A DNA stretch of 64,000 bases from Macrostomum lignano (Eukaryota). Where the stretch lies: positions 1 through 64,000 of the forward strand of contig NIVC01000340.1 in assembly GCA_002269645.1 (NCBI GenBank), read 5' to 3'. Below, in pieces: positions 18,748 to 29,147 of the stretch. The notes under the pieces were generated by a model. That model saw only the letters and a program-made list of their open reading frames with translations, ran no database searches and was not told the origin of the DNA. Both the position numbers and the translations under genes were made by a program. Position 1 is the stretch's first letter; each line of letters begins with the position of its first letter.

Positions 18748-21700
18748 TAGAGGCCCAACCCAGCGCACCGAGCCAGCCCGCCCATGAATCCAGTACAGAA
18801 CTCGGTTTTGTTGACATCCGCTTTTCCGAGAAAGCCAAGATCACGTGTTTGCTCGACACGGGTGCCAGTACACCCCTGTTGAGTGAGAGAGTTTGGAAAA
18901 ATAATCTGCCTAGATCCATGCTAGTGCCGAGTTCCATCGGACCAAACATTTAAGTTGCTAATGGTGATGCGATTGATGTGCTGGGCGAGTGCGTTGTGGA
19001 ATTTTTTATTGGCTCTCTAAAATTCAGTCACAAATTTACAATCGTCTCCAGTCTCTTGAATCCATGCATCCTCGGAGCAGATTTATTTCGTCGTCAAGCA
19101 GCTACGCTAGATTTTGCAAACTTTCAAGTCACCACATCGAACGGTACCTTCCAATTTCGGATGACAACTGAGCGACCTATTCTCTGCCGGATTGTCATCC
19201 CGAAATCGGTAACGGTCCCCAACAATAGATCCCAAATCATTCAGGCCAAATTAAGTCGAAAAGGTGTCCGGAATTTCCAGTTCACAGGAATAACAGAGAC
19301 TCGTTATCAGAATGAAGGATTAGTGTTATTGGCCAGAGCCATTGGCATCCCATCAGCTGAAGGATTTTTGCCGATTAAAGTAACCAACATCTTAGGCGAA
19401 CCAGTGACCCTGCCCAGAGGAAGGCAAGTTGGTTGGTTCACCCCTGTAAACGATAGCCAACCTCCTGCTCAGGAAGTGAAACCTGCAGCACAGGCTAACT
19501 TGGTTACCCTTGACACCAGTTGGGACCCAGTCAGTAATCTCGGCAGCTGGGAGTCAACAGATTTGACACCAGAGCAGCAAGGTTCATTCACTGAATTGAT
19601 TCGCCGAAATCGAGACGTTTTTGCAAAAGATGACAGTGAGTTAGGCGCCACTGATTTAGCAATGCACACCATTGACACCGGCTCAGCGAAGCCGACCCGC
19701 GAGCCCCGCGGCGCATCCCACTTCATCTGCGCCCGGAGATCGACAAGGAGATTGATAGTAGGACTCTAAATGACGTCACCGTTCCTGATCCTTTCCCTCC
19801 ACTTAGGATGGACGAGACGCTTGAAGCTCTATCAGGAAACGCTGTATTCTCCACTCTGGACCTAGCGTCAGGCTACCATCAGTGCCCCCTGGACCGTAGA
19901 GACCAGTTGAAGACAGCGTTTGTCATCCCAAACCGCGGTCAGTTCGCGTGGCGCTATGTTAGTTTTGGGCTGAAAAATGCCCCAGCCACATTTGTAAAGC
20001 TCATGAACCTAGTTATGACTGGCCTGTCATGGAAGGAGTGCCTTGTGTACTTTGATGACATTATAGTTTTTGCGAAGTCCTATGAAGAGCATTTTAAGAG
20101 ACTGCAGCACGTGTTCGACCGGTTCGACCGATTGCGAGCTGCAGGAATCCGTCTGAAAGCAAAGAAGTGCCATTTTCTGTCCAAAGAGGCAAAGTTTTTA
20201 GACCACGTAGTTTCAGCGGAAGGAATAGCTACAGATCCAGCGAAAACGAAAGAGATTAGCGATTGGCCTATTCCGAGTTGTGTCAAAGAGCTACAATCAT
20301 TCCTTGGTCTCTGTTCTTATTACAGAAATTTCATCCGTGATTTCTCGATCATAGCAGCTCCGCTGTACAAACTCCTGCGCCAGAACACCAAGTTCGAGTG
20401 GGGCCGGGAGCAGCAAGGAGCATTCTGTGAATTAAAGAGACTTCTGATTTCGACTGGAGTGATGGCTTACCCAGATTTTTCCGAAACAGCTGGACAGTAT
20501 GTGCTTGACACCGACGCGAGTTCCAAAATAGGAATTGGAGCTGTCCTGTCTCAGGTGCAAGCCGACGGCTCCGAAAAAGTGAGATTGTCTATGGGTCAAG
20601 GACCCTGACAGAGTGTGAAAAGAACTACTGTACGACTAGACTAGAACTTCTTGCGATCGTGCACTTCGTCAAGGCCTACAAATATTACCTCTTGGGGCGC
20701 AAATTTAAAATCCGAACAGATCACAGTGCGTTGTCATGGTTAACGAACCTCAAAGATGTGGAAGGACAGTGCGCTCGATGGCTAGAGACGCTACAGCGTT
20801 TTGAGTTTGAAATAGTTCACAGGAAAGGGATTTTTCACCAGAATGCGGACAGTGTCTCGTAAAGTTCGAAAGCATTGGGCCCAAGAGTCGTGCCCTTCCT
20901 GTAACAGTTCGCCACAAACACCTGAACAAGTGAACGCTGTGTTAGCATCACCTCTCAGCGTCAAGTGCATCAGAGAGGCTCAGAGAATTGACCCAGCTCT
21001 GAAACGAGTAAGGCAGTTACTTGAAGGTGAAGCGCTGCAAAATGAACCGATCAGTAGTTTAGTTGAGAGAGAGAGATCTGGGCCCATAGGACTCGAATAG
21101 TCTTAGAAGATGGGCTACTGCTCCTGACAGTGCCAGAGAACTCACAGAAGAGAATCCTCCTACCAAATTCCCTGTTAGAAGAAGCCGCCAAAATCCTTCA
21201 TGATGGCGTCAGTGGATGCCACCTCGGAGTTAAGAAGACTCAAGGAAAGTTTAAGCAACGCTTTTTGTGGCCTGGTCTGTCTCGTAGAGTTGAGGAGTGC
21301 TGCCGAACATGTCTAGTGTGCTCAAAGTGCAAACCATCGCCAAGAGGCAGGGCACCACTGCAACCCATCCCGAGCTCATTTCCGTTTCAAAGAATCATGT
21401 GCGACATCATTGGTCCTTTGCCGAAGTCCAAGCATGGGTCGAGATTTGTTTTGACAATCCAAGACGCATTCAGTAAATGGCCGTGTGCAATCCCGTTAGC
21501 AAATCAGCGTGCCAAAACAGTAGCCCGTGCAATCTTCACGCACTGGATTTCATCATTCGGTTGTCCACAGGAGATAGTCACTGATCAGGGATCAAATTTT
21601 GAGTCAGCATTGATGAAGAACCTTTGTTCTCTGCTAGACATCCGCAAGTGTCGAACCACTCCGTATCATCCGATGGCGGATGGGCAAGCAGAAAGCTTTA

Positions 21701-22325
21701 ATAGGACTCTAAAGCACATGTTAACGTGTCAGTTAGAGCAGGAGGACAAGGATTGGGAAGACTGCATTGCGCCCGGTTTGCTAGCCTATCGTTCTAGCGT
21801 GCATAGAGGCACAGGCTAGCACTACATTCTGTTTGGTAGGGAAATGCAGCTCCGATCGACATTGAGAATCCGACTGAGAGGGTGCCAGAGAGTTTCTCCA
21901 AGTTCACTCGTCGACTGACTGAAGACCTTCAGCAAGCACACGAGGCTGTGAGGGAGAATCTCAGAACCTATCAGAGGAAGCAAAAGAAGCTTTATGACAG
22001 CCAAGCTCGTGGCGCTCAGATCAATGAAGGTGATCTTGTTCTAGAATACGATCCCGTGATTAAACCGAATGAAATCCCGAAGTTCCACCGCTATTGGAAA
22101 GGCCCGGCCAAAGTCCTAAAAAAGTTTTCCGATGTCAATTACAGAATCCTGCACGATGGTGCGCGAAGGCCTAGGGTAGTCCATTTCAACAACCTAAGGA
22201 AAATCGATGCCAGCTCTAGGTCCCACGTTCCTGCTCAAAGGAGGACTCAGGCAACGGCGGGAACCAGGTCACGTGAGCGATATTCCCGCCCGGAAGCTCC
22301 TAATCCCCCAATGCCAGTTTTTTGA
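18697..22325 (+). pseudogene. pol: Gypsy pol (protease, RT, RNase H, integrase) with stops, frameshifts and an internal RT deletion
   Basis: LLDTGAS and ILGADLF (PR); FSTLDLASGY and YFDD (RT); LDTDAS and IRTDHSAL (RH); HHCC, DIIGP, TDQGSNF, AESFNRTLK and WKGP (IN). About 35 codons are missing between EIDKEID and LNDVT. Confidence 0.95.
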
Positions 22326-22618
22326 ATCTGAGCAGAACAGTGACGCTGAATTGGACCCAGAGCCCATTTGGGCACAGCGCATCACACACCATCAGCCTCG
22401 TGTAGCCGCTCCTCCCGAGCAGGATTTCAATTGTCGCCCTGTTCGTGCGAATCGAGGAATTCCGCCACGTCGATTCGGAGACCCAATCCTCTATTAATCT
22501 GAGCCAATCTGTCCATCAATCGCTCTGGGATGTGCATTTTCTCACCCTTCTCATCGCGCCTCCAAGTTGCTGAGTACAGTACGGGTTCGTATTTTCATCC
22601 AGTTGTAATTGTATTTTC

Positions 22619-22876
22619 ATGCGTTTAGCAAGTTCCATTTTTTGGGGTGCCTGCAAGTTGAACGCTGGCCTTGCAGTGTCGGATCTGCACGACCTGCTCG
22701 GCGTAGCTCAATCAGCTTCACCGAGAGACATAAAGGTGGCCTTCCGTCGGCGCTCACTACTACTTCGCCCCGACAAGGTGGGCGTCGGAAGCACAGGGGC
22801 CTACCAACGGGTGGTATTCGCGTATTCAGTCCTGAGCGACCCGTTTTATAGAGCGCTATACGACAAATTCGGTTAA
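22619..22876 (+). pseudogene. DnaJ J-domain in the env position of the Gypsy element
   Basis: DLHDLLGVAQSAS..DIK.AFRR.SL..RPDK..AYSVLSDP..RALYDKFG; HPD reads RPD (CGC vs CAC); TAA stop where Glu (GAA) is expected. Confidence 0.85.
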
Positions 22877-23572
22877 GCAGCCCTGAGCAACACGCTATCG
22901 TACGCGCAGTTCTTCAGCCCGCCACCCGGAGTCAGTTTTCCGGACGAAATAAGAGCCGGACTCGAGAGCATGGGGATCGTGGTCATCAGTGACGATGAAG
23001 ACGAACCTCCCGCCGTTGATGCGACCCCAATTGCGCCGGCGGGTGGAGTCTTAATGGTCGCGCGATCAGGCCCACCAAGAGTCCCTGAGTCGATTGAGGT
23101 CAGATACAGAAGCCTCCGGAATCACCTGGCCCAGCATCTGCGGATCGGTCGGATCGCTCAGGCGCAGGAATGCATATCAGGACTGGAAGAACTGTTCCTT
23201 TTGGCAGGCCTGGAATCTCGGCGATGGGTCTCCGATTCTCTAGGGGTTGCGCTGAGTTTCATAGCGTCTGATGTGTCACCTCGAAAGCGCCGCCCAGGGT
23301 CATCTAGGCGGGGCCTTCGAGTGCTGTCGAACGAAGCGCTGACTGCATCAATCGGATTTGTAATGACATGCATCAAGAAAATGAGCCTGCTGAACGGCGG
23401 GGCACTCCTGTCAAAACTCCGAGAGCTAACGGTACTAGTGGCCCCGGACTCGAAGTCCAAAGACCAGGCAGAGAAGGCCGTCGATGAAGCGGATTTCCTC
23501 GACCCAGAATGCCCTCAAGAAGACCTAGATGCCCTAGTTGCCCCAGTTGTCCTGGACGGCGTAGTCGCGTAG
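22877..23572 (+). CDS. Middle segment of the Gypsy accessory ORF (SIM, helical region, NLS, start of TatD-like fold)
   Basis: Open and in frame with the J-domain across one stop; IVVISDDEDE, SPRKRRP, FLDPECP. Confidence 0.55.
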   Translation, partial: AALSNTLSYAQFFSPPPGVSFPDEIRAGLESMGIVVISDDEDEPPAVDATPIAPAGGVLMVARSGPPRVPESIEVRYRSLRNHLAQHLRIGRIAQAQECISGLEELFLLAGLESRRWVSDSLGVALSFIASDVSPRKRRPGSSRRGLRVLSNEALTASIGFVMTCIKKMSLLNGGALLSKLRELTVLVAPDSKSKDQAEKAVDEADFLDPECPQEDLDALVAPVVLDGVVA

Positions 23573-23611
23573 AAGCCTGTGTGTCGGTAGTGAATTCACC
23601 GTTCTATTTGA

Positions 23612-24268
23612 GACCGTCAAACCCCGCAACTGCCCGGCTCATGTGACTCTCGGATCCACTTTGCGCTCGGATTGAGGGCGTCAGCGGCACCGCTCATGAC
23701 CACGCTGGCTGCCGACCTGCAGCGTTTCATAGCGGGCGAATGGACAAGGGTAGTGGCTGTCGGTGAAGCCGAGTTGGACGTCCAGAATACTGCAATCAGT
23801 GTGGAGCAACAAATGGCAGCCCTGGAGCTACAGGTTGGGCTAGCAAATAAACGAGATCTACCCCTCCTGGTTCGTTTGCGAGAGCGTAGACGTAGCCCAG
23901 TCGAACCCGGTGGCTCGGCCTGGCACCAGTTCTTACGGTTGCTAGTGTCGTCGGACTTTGCAAACTGTCGCATTCTAGTTGTCGAATCTTCCGACTGGCC
24001 CAAAGACACCCTCAGCCTGTACCTAGCGTCGTTGCCAAGACTGATATTTGAAGTCACCGCCCGGGTCTCCAACAGCCGATGGCATGCCCGATGCGTCGCA
24101 GCGATACCGTCCGACCGGCTGCTAGTCGCATCATCAGCACCATTCGCGGGAAACCCGGGCAAGCCGACTGATGTCCGGAAGGCGGCGACCTGGCTTACTG
24201 AGGAGCGAAGCGACGGGGCTCTACCTGGTCGACTGGCTGCGGCTGCGCGTGAATTTTATAATATTTAA
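23612..24268 (+). CDS. TatD-like (TATDN2-type) TIM-barrel domain with degenerate metal ligands
   Basis: IHFALGLRA, RVVAVGEAELD, QQMAALELQVGLA...LPLLVRLRE, VAAIPSDRLLVASSAPF and AREFYNI map in order and spacing onto TatD GxHP, VAIGEIGLD, Q..F..QL.LA...LP..IH.RE, IP.DRLL.ETDAPY and N...LY. Confidence 0.8.
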   Translation, partial: DRQTPQLPGSCDSRIHFALGLRASAAPLMTTLAADLQRFIAGEWTRVVAVGEAELDVQNTAISVEQQMAALELQVGLANKRDLPLLVRLRERRRSPVEPGGSAWHQFLRLLVSSDFANCRILVVESSDWPKDTLSLYLASLPRLIFEVTARVSNSRWHARCVAAIPSDRLLVASSAPFAGNPGKPTDVRKAATWLTEERSDGALPGRLAAAAREFYNI

Positions 24269-24404
24269 CTGTGTGCAAAATGCCAGCAGACAAATACAAA
24301 TGCTCGTCTCGCCATTGCACTGTCCTTGCACTATTAATCTTTTGTATGGTTCGTCTATGGTACTTTATAGTAATTTTTTTTTCATTTTTGTTTCCTTCTC
24401 TTTT

Positions 24405-24418
24405 GGGAGGGGGGAGGG
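24405..24418 (+). promoter_or_regulatory. Polypurine tract
   Basis: GGGAGGGGGGAGGG immediately before the TG of the 3' LTR. Confidence 0.9.
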
Positions 24419-25189
24419 TGTTGTGCCGTAGTGTAATTTCACTGCCTAGCGATCTCAGGCTTGCAGTTAATTGGCGCACTGGGACACTGCACTTTCCCTC
24501 CTCAGTTGTTTATGCACCACCCACCCCAGTCTGTCTGAGCCAGCCGGCTTTGGCTGGCTGCGCCACCCCTCTCAGCGCGTCCCCCCCCAAGTTTTCCGTC
24601 TCTTGCGCAGCTGCTGATTGGTACGGGCCGCCTCTCTCACGCGCCGGCCAATCAGCAGCTTTCTCGCTGTAATGTGCTAAGCTGGTTGTGTGGCTGGTCG
24701 GGTGGGCGCGGGGGGCGATTCCCCGCGGCCTAGCCGGCCAACCCAAATATATATTTAGCGCGGTGTAGCGGCAGTGAGGGACCAACTTTGGCTGCTACCT
24801 TCCAACCCAACTCAGCTCTGAGATTCCACTGCCCATATCGATTAGAACCGAGACGCCCCTACGGGTACGCAACGTCTGAGAATCCGCGCTACCGGCTAGT
24901 CCTAATTCGCCGCCGTGTTCATTCCTCAGTAAGAACTTGAGTCTCGTTGTGTTGTTCATTGTTCAGTACGAGACATACTGTATCGGGTACTGCCGTAGGG
25001 ACGAGCTGCTGGCTAGGAACGAGAGGCGATGGTACGCACCGCCCGACACCGGCAGCTCGGTCAGAGTGTCGGACGCCATCACTGGCTCGCCACCCTGAAG
25101 GGGTACTTGTACCCTGGTATTTAGTCTTAGGAGGCCGTAGCTGCTCGAGGATCACGAGCCGCCCCCCGGAGATTTTGCATTACACAACA
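24419..25189 (+). repeat. 3' LTR (771 bp)
   Basis: TGTTGTG...CACAACA perfect 7-bp terminal inverted repeat; differs from the 5' LTR by roughly 15-20 small changes counted by eye. Confidence 0.97.
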
Positions 25190-25244
25190 CTAGTAAAAAT
25201 TAGGCTGCAATACATGGACACGCAGTGTACATTTCCTTGGTACA

Positions 25245-26150
25245 TGTACATGTAGCTACCCCCGGGAAGTATTTATCTAGTTGTCCTTGGTACATGTAGC
25301 TACCCCAGGGACACTTTATCCAGTTGACCTTGGGTACACGTAGCTACCCCAGGGACACTTTATCTAGTTGATCTTGGTACACGTAGCTACCCTAGGGACA
25401 CTATCCAGTTGACCTTGGTACACGAAGCTACCCTAGGGACACTATATAGTTGACCTTGGTACATGTAGCTACCCTAGGGACACTTTATCTAGTTGTCCTT
25501 GGTTCATATAGCTACCCCCGGGACACTTTATCCAGTTGACCTTGGTACATGTAGCTACCCCACGGACCCTTTATCCAGTTGACCTTGGTACATGTAGCTA
25601 CCCCAGGGACACTTTATCTAGTTGTTCTGTACATGTAGCTACCCCAGGGACACTTTATCCAGTTGACCTTGGGTACACGTAGCTACCCCAGGGACACTTT
25701 ATCTAGTTGATCTTGGTACACGTAGCTACCCCCGGGACACTTTATCTAGTTGACCTTGGTTCATATAGCTACCCCCGGGACACTTTATCTAGTTGACCTT
25801 GGTTCATATAGCTACCCCAGGGACACTTTATCTAGTTGACCTTGGTACATATAGCTACCCAGGGACACTTTATCTAGTTGTCCTTGGTACACGTAGCTAC
25901 ACTAGGGACATTTTATCCAGTTGTCCTTGGTACACGTAGCTACCCCAGGGACACTTTATCCAGTTGTCCTTGGTACACGTAGCTACCCCAGGGACACTTT
26001 ATCTAGTTGACCTTGGTTCATATAGCTACCCCCGGGAAGTATTTATCTAGTTTTCCTTAGTACACGTAGCTACCCTAGGGACACTTTATCCAGTCGTCCT
26101 TGGTACACGTAGCTACCCCAGGGACACTTATAGATATACTAGTTGGCCTT
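25245..26150. repeat. 43-bp minisatellite
   Basis: GTAGCTACCCCAGGGACACTTTATCTAGTTGACCTTGGTACAC in tandem. Confidence 0.95.
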
Positions 26151-26417
26151 GGTAATTCCAGATGACGAAGTCTTGACAGATCGCCATACATTTTGATTCT
26201 ACTAATTTTTTAAGTTTTAATTGTGGGTGAGGAGAGGGGATGTTATCTAGGCAAATCAAAAGGCACCCGGCACAGCTGACTTCAATGTTCTATACTCATC
26301 TGATAGTAAAGTCGTAGAAATTATATATTTTCTATAGTTTAACCTATATTTACAGACGCTACATTTCTGTTTCGACAGATCTCTCTGATCTACTCTTGTA
26401 GCTACATGCGACTGACA

Positions 26418-26482
26418 GGGTAAACGGCGGGAGTAAATATCGCTGCAACTTCATTTGGGCATGCTTCGCCATCTGATTAGTG
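26418..26482 (+). other. Short 28S rRNA-like fragment (helix 68-71 region)
   Basis: GGGTAAACGGCGGGAGTAA (19/19) and ATGCTTCGCCATCTGATTAGTG (19/22) at the correct 24-nt spacing; the intervening 24 nt are unrelated. Confidence 0.6.
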
Positions 26483-26716
26483 CATATGTATTAAACAAAG
26501 GAAAAAAACAAAAATCTCAACTATTTCAGGATATTTTGCTCCATTAACAGCCATCAGCCGATACAGAAGCACTCCTCTAACAAGCCAATCAAACTATATA
26601 ATTAAGATTGTTACATAACGTTATTAGCGTCAAATTCTTTATATAACATTCCTGACTCGCTCGTCGTACAGTCGTTTCCATGGCAACCGTCGCACAGTCG
26701 GTCTTCTAATTAATGC

Positions 26717-27674
26717 TCATTGGATTTCAGTCACCTGTAAATTTGAATGTATTTTAGACTATGAATTACCAATTTGAGCAAAGGAGTGACGTTCCTAGAT
26801 CAGTGGGATGAGTGGGAAAAAAACAGGAGAGGGGAAGGAGAGAACAGGGAGAGTGAGAGGGGGACGGAGAGTGAGAAGATAGAGGGAGAGAGAAGGATAA
26901 GAGAGGGAGAGGGAGTGAGAGGGAAAGTGAGAGGAGAGGAAGAGGGGAGTGAGAGGAGAGAAAGAGGAGAGGGAGAAGAGAGGAAGAGGAGAGGGAGAGT
27001 GAGATGGAGAGTGAGAGGAGAGGAAGAGGGAGTGAGAGGGAGAGTGAAAGGAGAGTGAGAGGAGAGGGAGAGGGAGTGAGGGGGGTGAGGAGAGGGAGAG
27101 GGAGAGTGAGAGAGAGGAGAGTGAGAGTGAGAGGAGAGGCAGAGGAGAGGAATGTGAGAGTGAGAGAGGGAAAGTGGGAGGTGACACAAAGAGAACAGCA
27201 GAAAGAGGTGAAGTAGTCCCCGGATTTCCGAGACGTGGACAGTGACACGGTGGGAGGGGGAGACTTGAGTGCCACCAACAGACACAGGAAAGCGAGATGC
27301 AGGCAGCGTGAATGCCATAAATAAGTGAGCACCTCAACGCTCAGCTCCATCGCCCGCAGCATCTGACTGGTGACAGGATCAACTTCCAGCTGTTCGGCGT
27401 CGAGAGCGGACACCTCGGGCACGTAGTTGTCCCGCCGTTCGCGCTCCTCCTCCTGCAGACGAATGGAGATGCCGCGCACCGGGCCGCGCTGGATTCGCTT
27501 CATCAGGTGGGTGAGGAAGCCGGCAATTTTGTTGCGCAACGCCTTGGACGGGATGATTGCGACCTCTTCGCAGACGCGCTTGTTGATGTGGAAATCGTTG
27601 CCCAGCCTGGTGTAGTACTTCTCGATGATCACCCGGGCGGCCTTCTTCACAGTTTTGGTGCGGACTCGACCCAT
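26717..27674 (-). CDS. RPS17: 40S ribosomal protein S17 (eS17), 119 aa; exons 27674-27333 and 26734-26717
   Basis: [46 protein letters not shown]; phase-0 intron GT..TTTACAG adds VTEIQ-stop. The exon-1 donor (GAG|GTGCTC) is weak. Confidence 0.93.
26815..27190. repeat. GA-rich low-complexity tract in the RPS17 intron
   Basis: Almost pure G/A; generates spurious ORFs. Confidence 0.9.
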
Positions 27675-27809
27675 GGCTACGGTTGTTCACGATGGGGACT
27701 TAGCGGCTGGAATGGTGAATCATATGAATTGGTGAACTATATGAGTGAATTGGTGAACTGAGTGAATAGCTAACGAGGTGTGTGAATCGTTAAACAAAGT
27801 ATGTGAATC

Positions 27810-28470
27810 GGTGAACTAAGTGAGTGAATCGGTGAACTAAGCGTGTGAATCGGTGAACTAAGCGTGTGAATCGGTGAACTAAGTGTGTGAATCGGTGAAC
27901 TAAGTGTGTGAATCGGTGAACTAAGCGTGTGAATCGGTGAACTAAGTGTGTGAATCGGTGAACTAAGCGTGTGAATCGGTGAACTAAGTGTGTGAATCGG
28001 TGAACTAAGCGTGTGAATCGGTGAACTAAGCGTGTGAATCGGCGAACTAAGTGTGTAAATCGGTGAACTAAGTGTGTGAATCGGTGAACTAAGTGTGTGA
28101 ATCGGTGAACTAAGCGTGTGAATCGGTGAACTAAGCGTGTGAATTGGTGAACTAAGCGTGTGAATCGGTGAACTAAGCGTGTGAATCGGTGAACGAAGCG
28201 TGTGAATCGGTGAACTAAGCGTGTGAATCGGTGAACTAAGTGTGTGAATCGGTGAACTAAGTGTGTGAATCGGTGAACTAAGCGTGTGAATCGGTGAACT
28301 AAGCGTGTGAATCGGTGAACTAAGTGTGTGAATCGGTGAACTAAGCGTGTGAATCGGTGAACTAAGCGTGTGAATCGGTGAACTAAGTGTGTGAATCGGT
28401 GAACTAAGCGTGTGAATCGGTGAACTAAGTGTGTGAATCGGTAAAATAAAGTGAGTGAATCGGTGAAAAT
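27810..28470. repeat. 21-bp minisatellite upstream of RPS17
   Basis: GCGTGTGAATCGGTGAACTAA in tandem. Confidence 0.95.
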
Positions 28471-29147
28471 TTAACGAGTGAATTGTGAAGGGAAGTGAAT
28501 CAGTGAACTAATGGTGAACTATGTCAGTGAAAGTTGACCGATTTGAACGAATCAATGAGCAGTGTTAAGTTAATTGTGAACCAGATAAAGGAATGGTGAA
28601 TTATTCCAGGGCTTAGTAATATATATTTTATTAATAAAATATAGCAGACACAATGGGACAGGTGAAATACTACTTAATCGACTAAAACAAGTACTGATTC
28701 CCGGTTTAAATCATAACATTTTTAGCAAAAATTAAAACAAAAGAGACAGACAATTCTGAGTAATTCTGTAAAAAATATTTTCACTCCAAATCTTGTTTAT
28801 AACTATTTAACTTTAAAGGCAGTTTCAGTGTCTTAAAATAGGCAATAAAGTCAAAGGTACAGTGTAAGCTACGCGCTCATAGTAAACTACTAAAAGTAGA
28901 AACATAGACAAACTTAAGCAGCCATTGCAAAGTAGCGCATGATCGGACAAAAATGCTAATTTAAATATAATCACTCATTTTGGAAAGAGGGACACTGTTT
29001 TTTCGAATAGATATTTATTGCCATTCTTATTTTAAGATGACACGTCACATTTAAAAGGCAATTAAGGGATTTCGTCTAATACGGATTTAGAAAAGGGCAT
29101 TATTATTTTTTTATCACCTCAGATGGCACATAAGGTTTCTAAAATGG

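Larger units (their letters stand above)
16852..25189 (+). mobile_element. Full-length Ty3/Gypsy LTR retrotransposon, coding regions decayed
   Basis: Two LTRs, PBS, PPT and gag-PR-RT-RH-IN order; imperfect 4-bp TSD (CTCG / CTAG). Confidence 0.97.

Noticed and set aside
23617-24162. 181-aa antisense ORF opposite the TatD-like domain, and similar antisense ORFs in pol and TTC27
   Set aside because: Shadow ORFs of GC-rich coding sequence with no recognisable motifs.
22619-24268. env/fusogen gene in the Gypsy third-ORF position
   Set aside because: No signal peptide, furin site, fusion peptide or C-terminal TM segment; the motifs fit J-domain and TatD instead.
26766-27674. 302-aa extended RPS17
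   Set aside because: The extension is translation of a CT-rich intron; a spliced 119-aa model fits the family.
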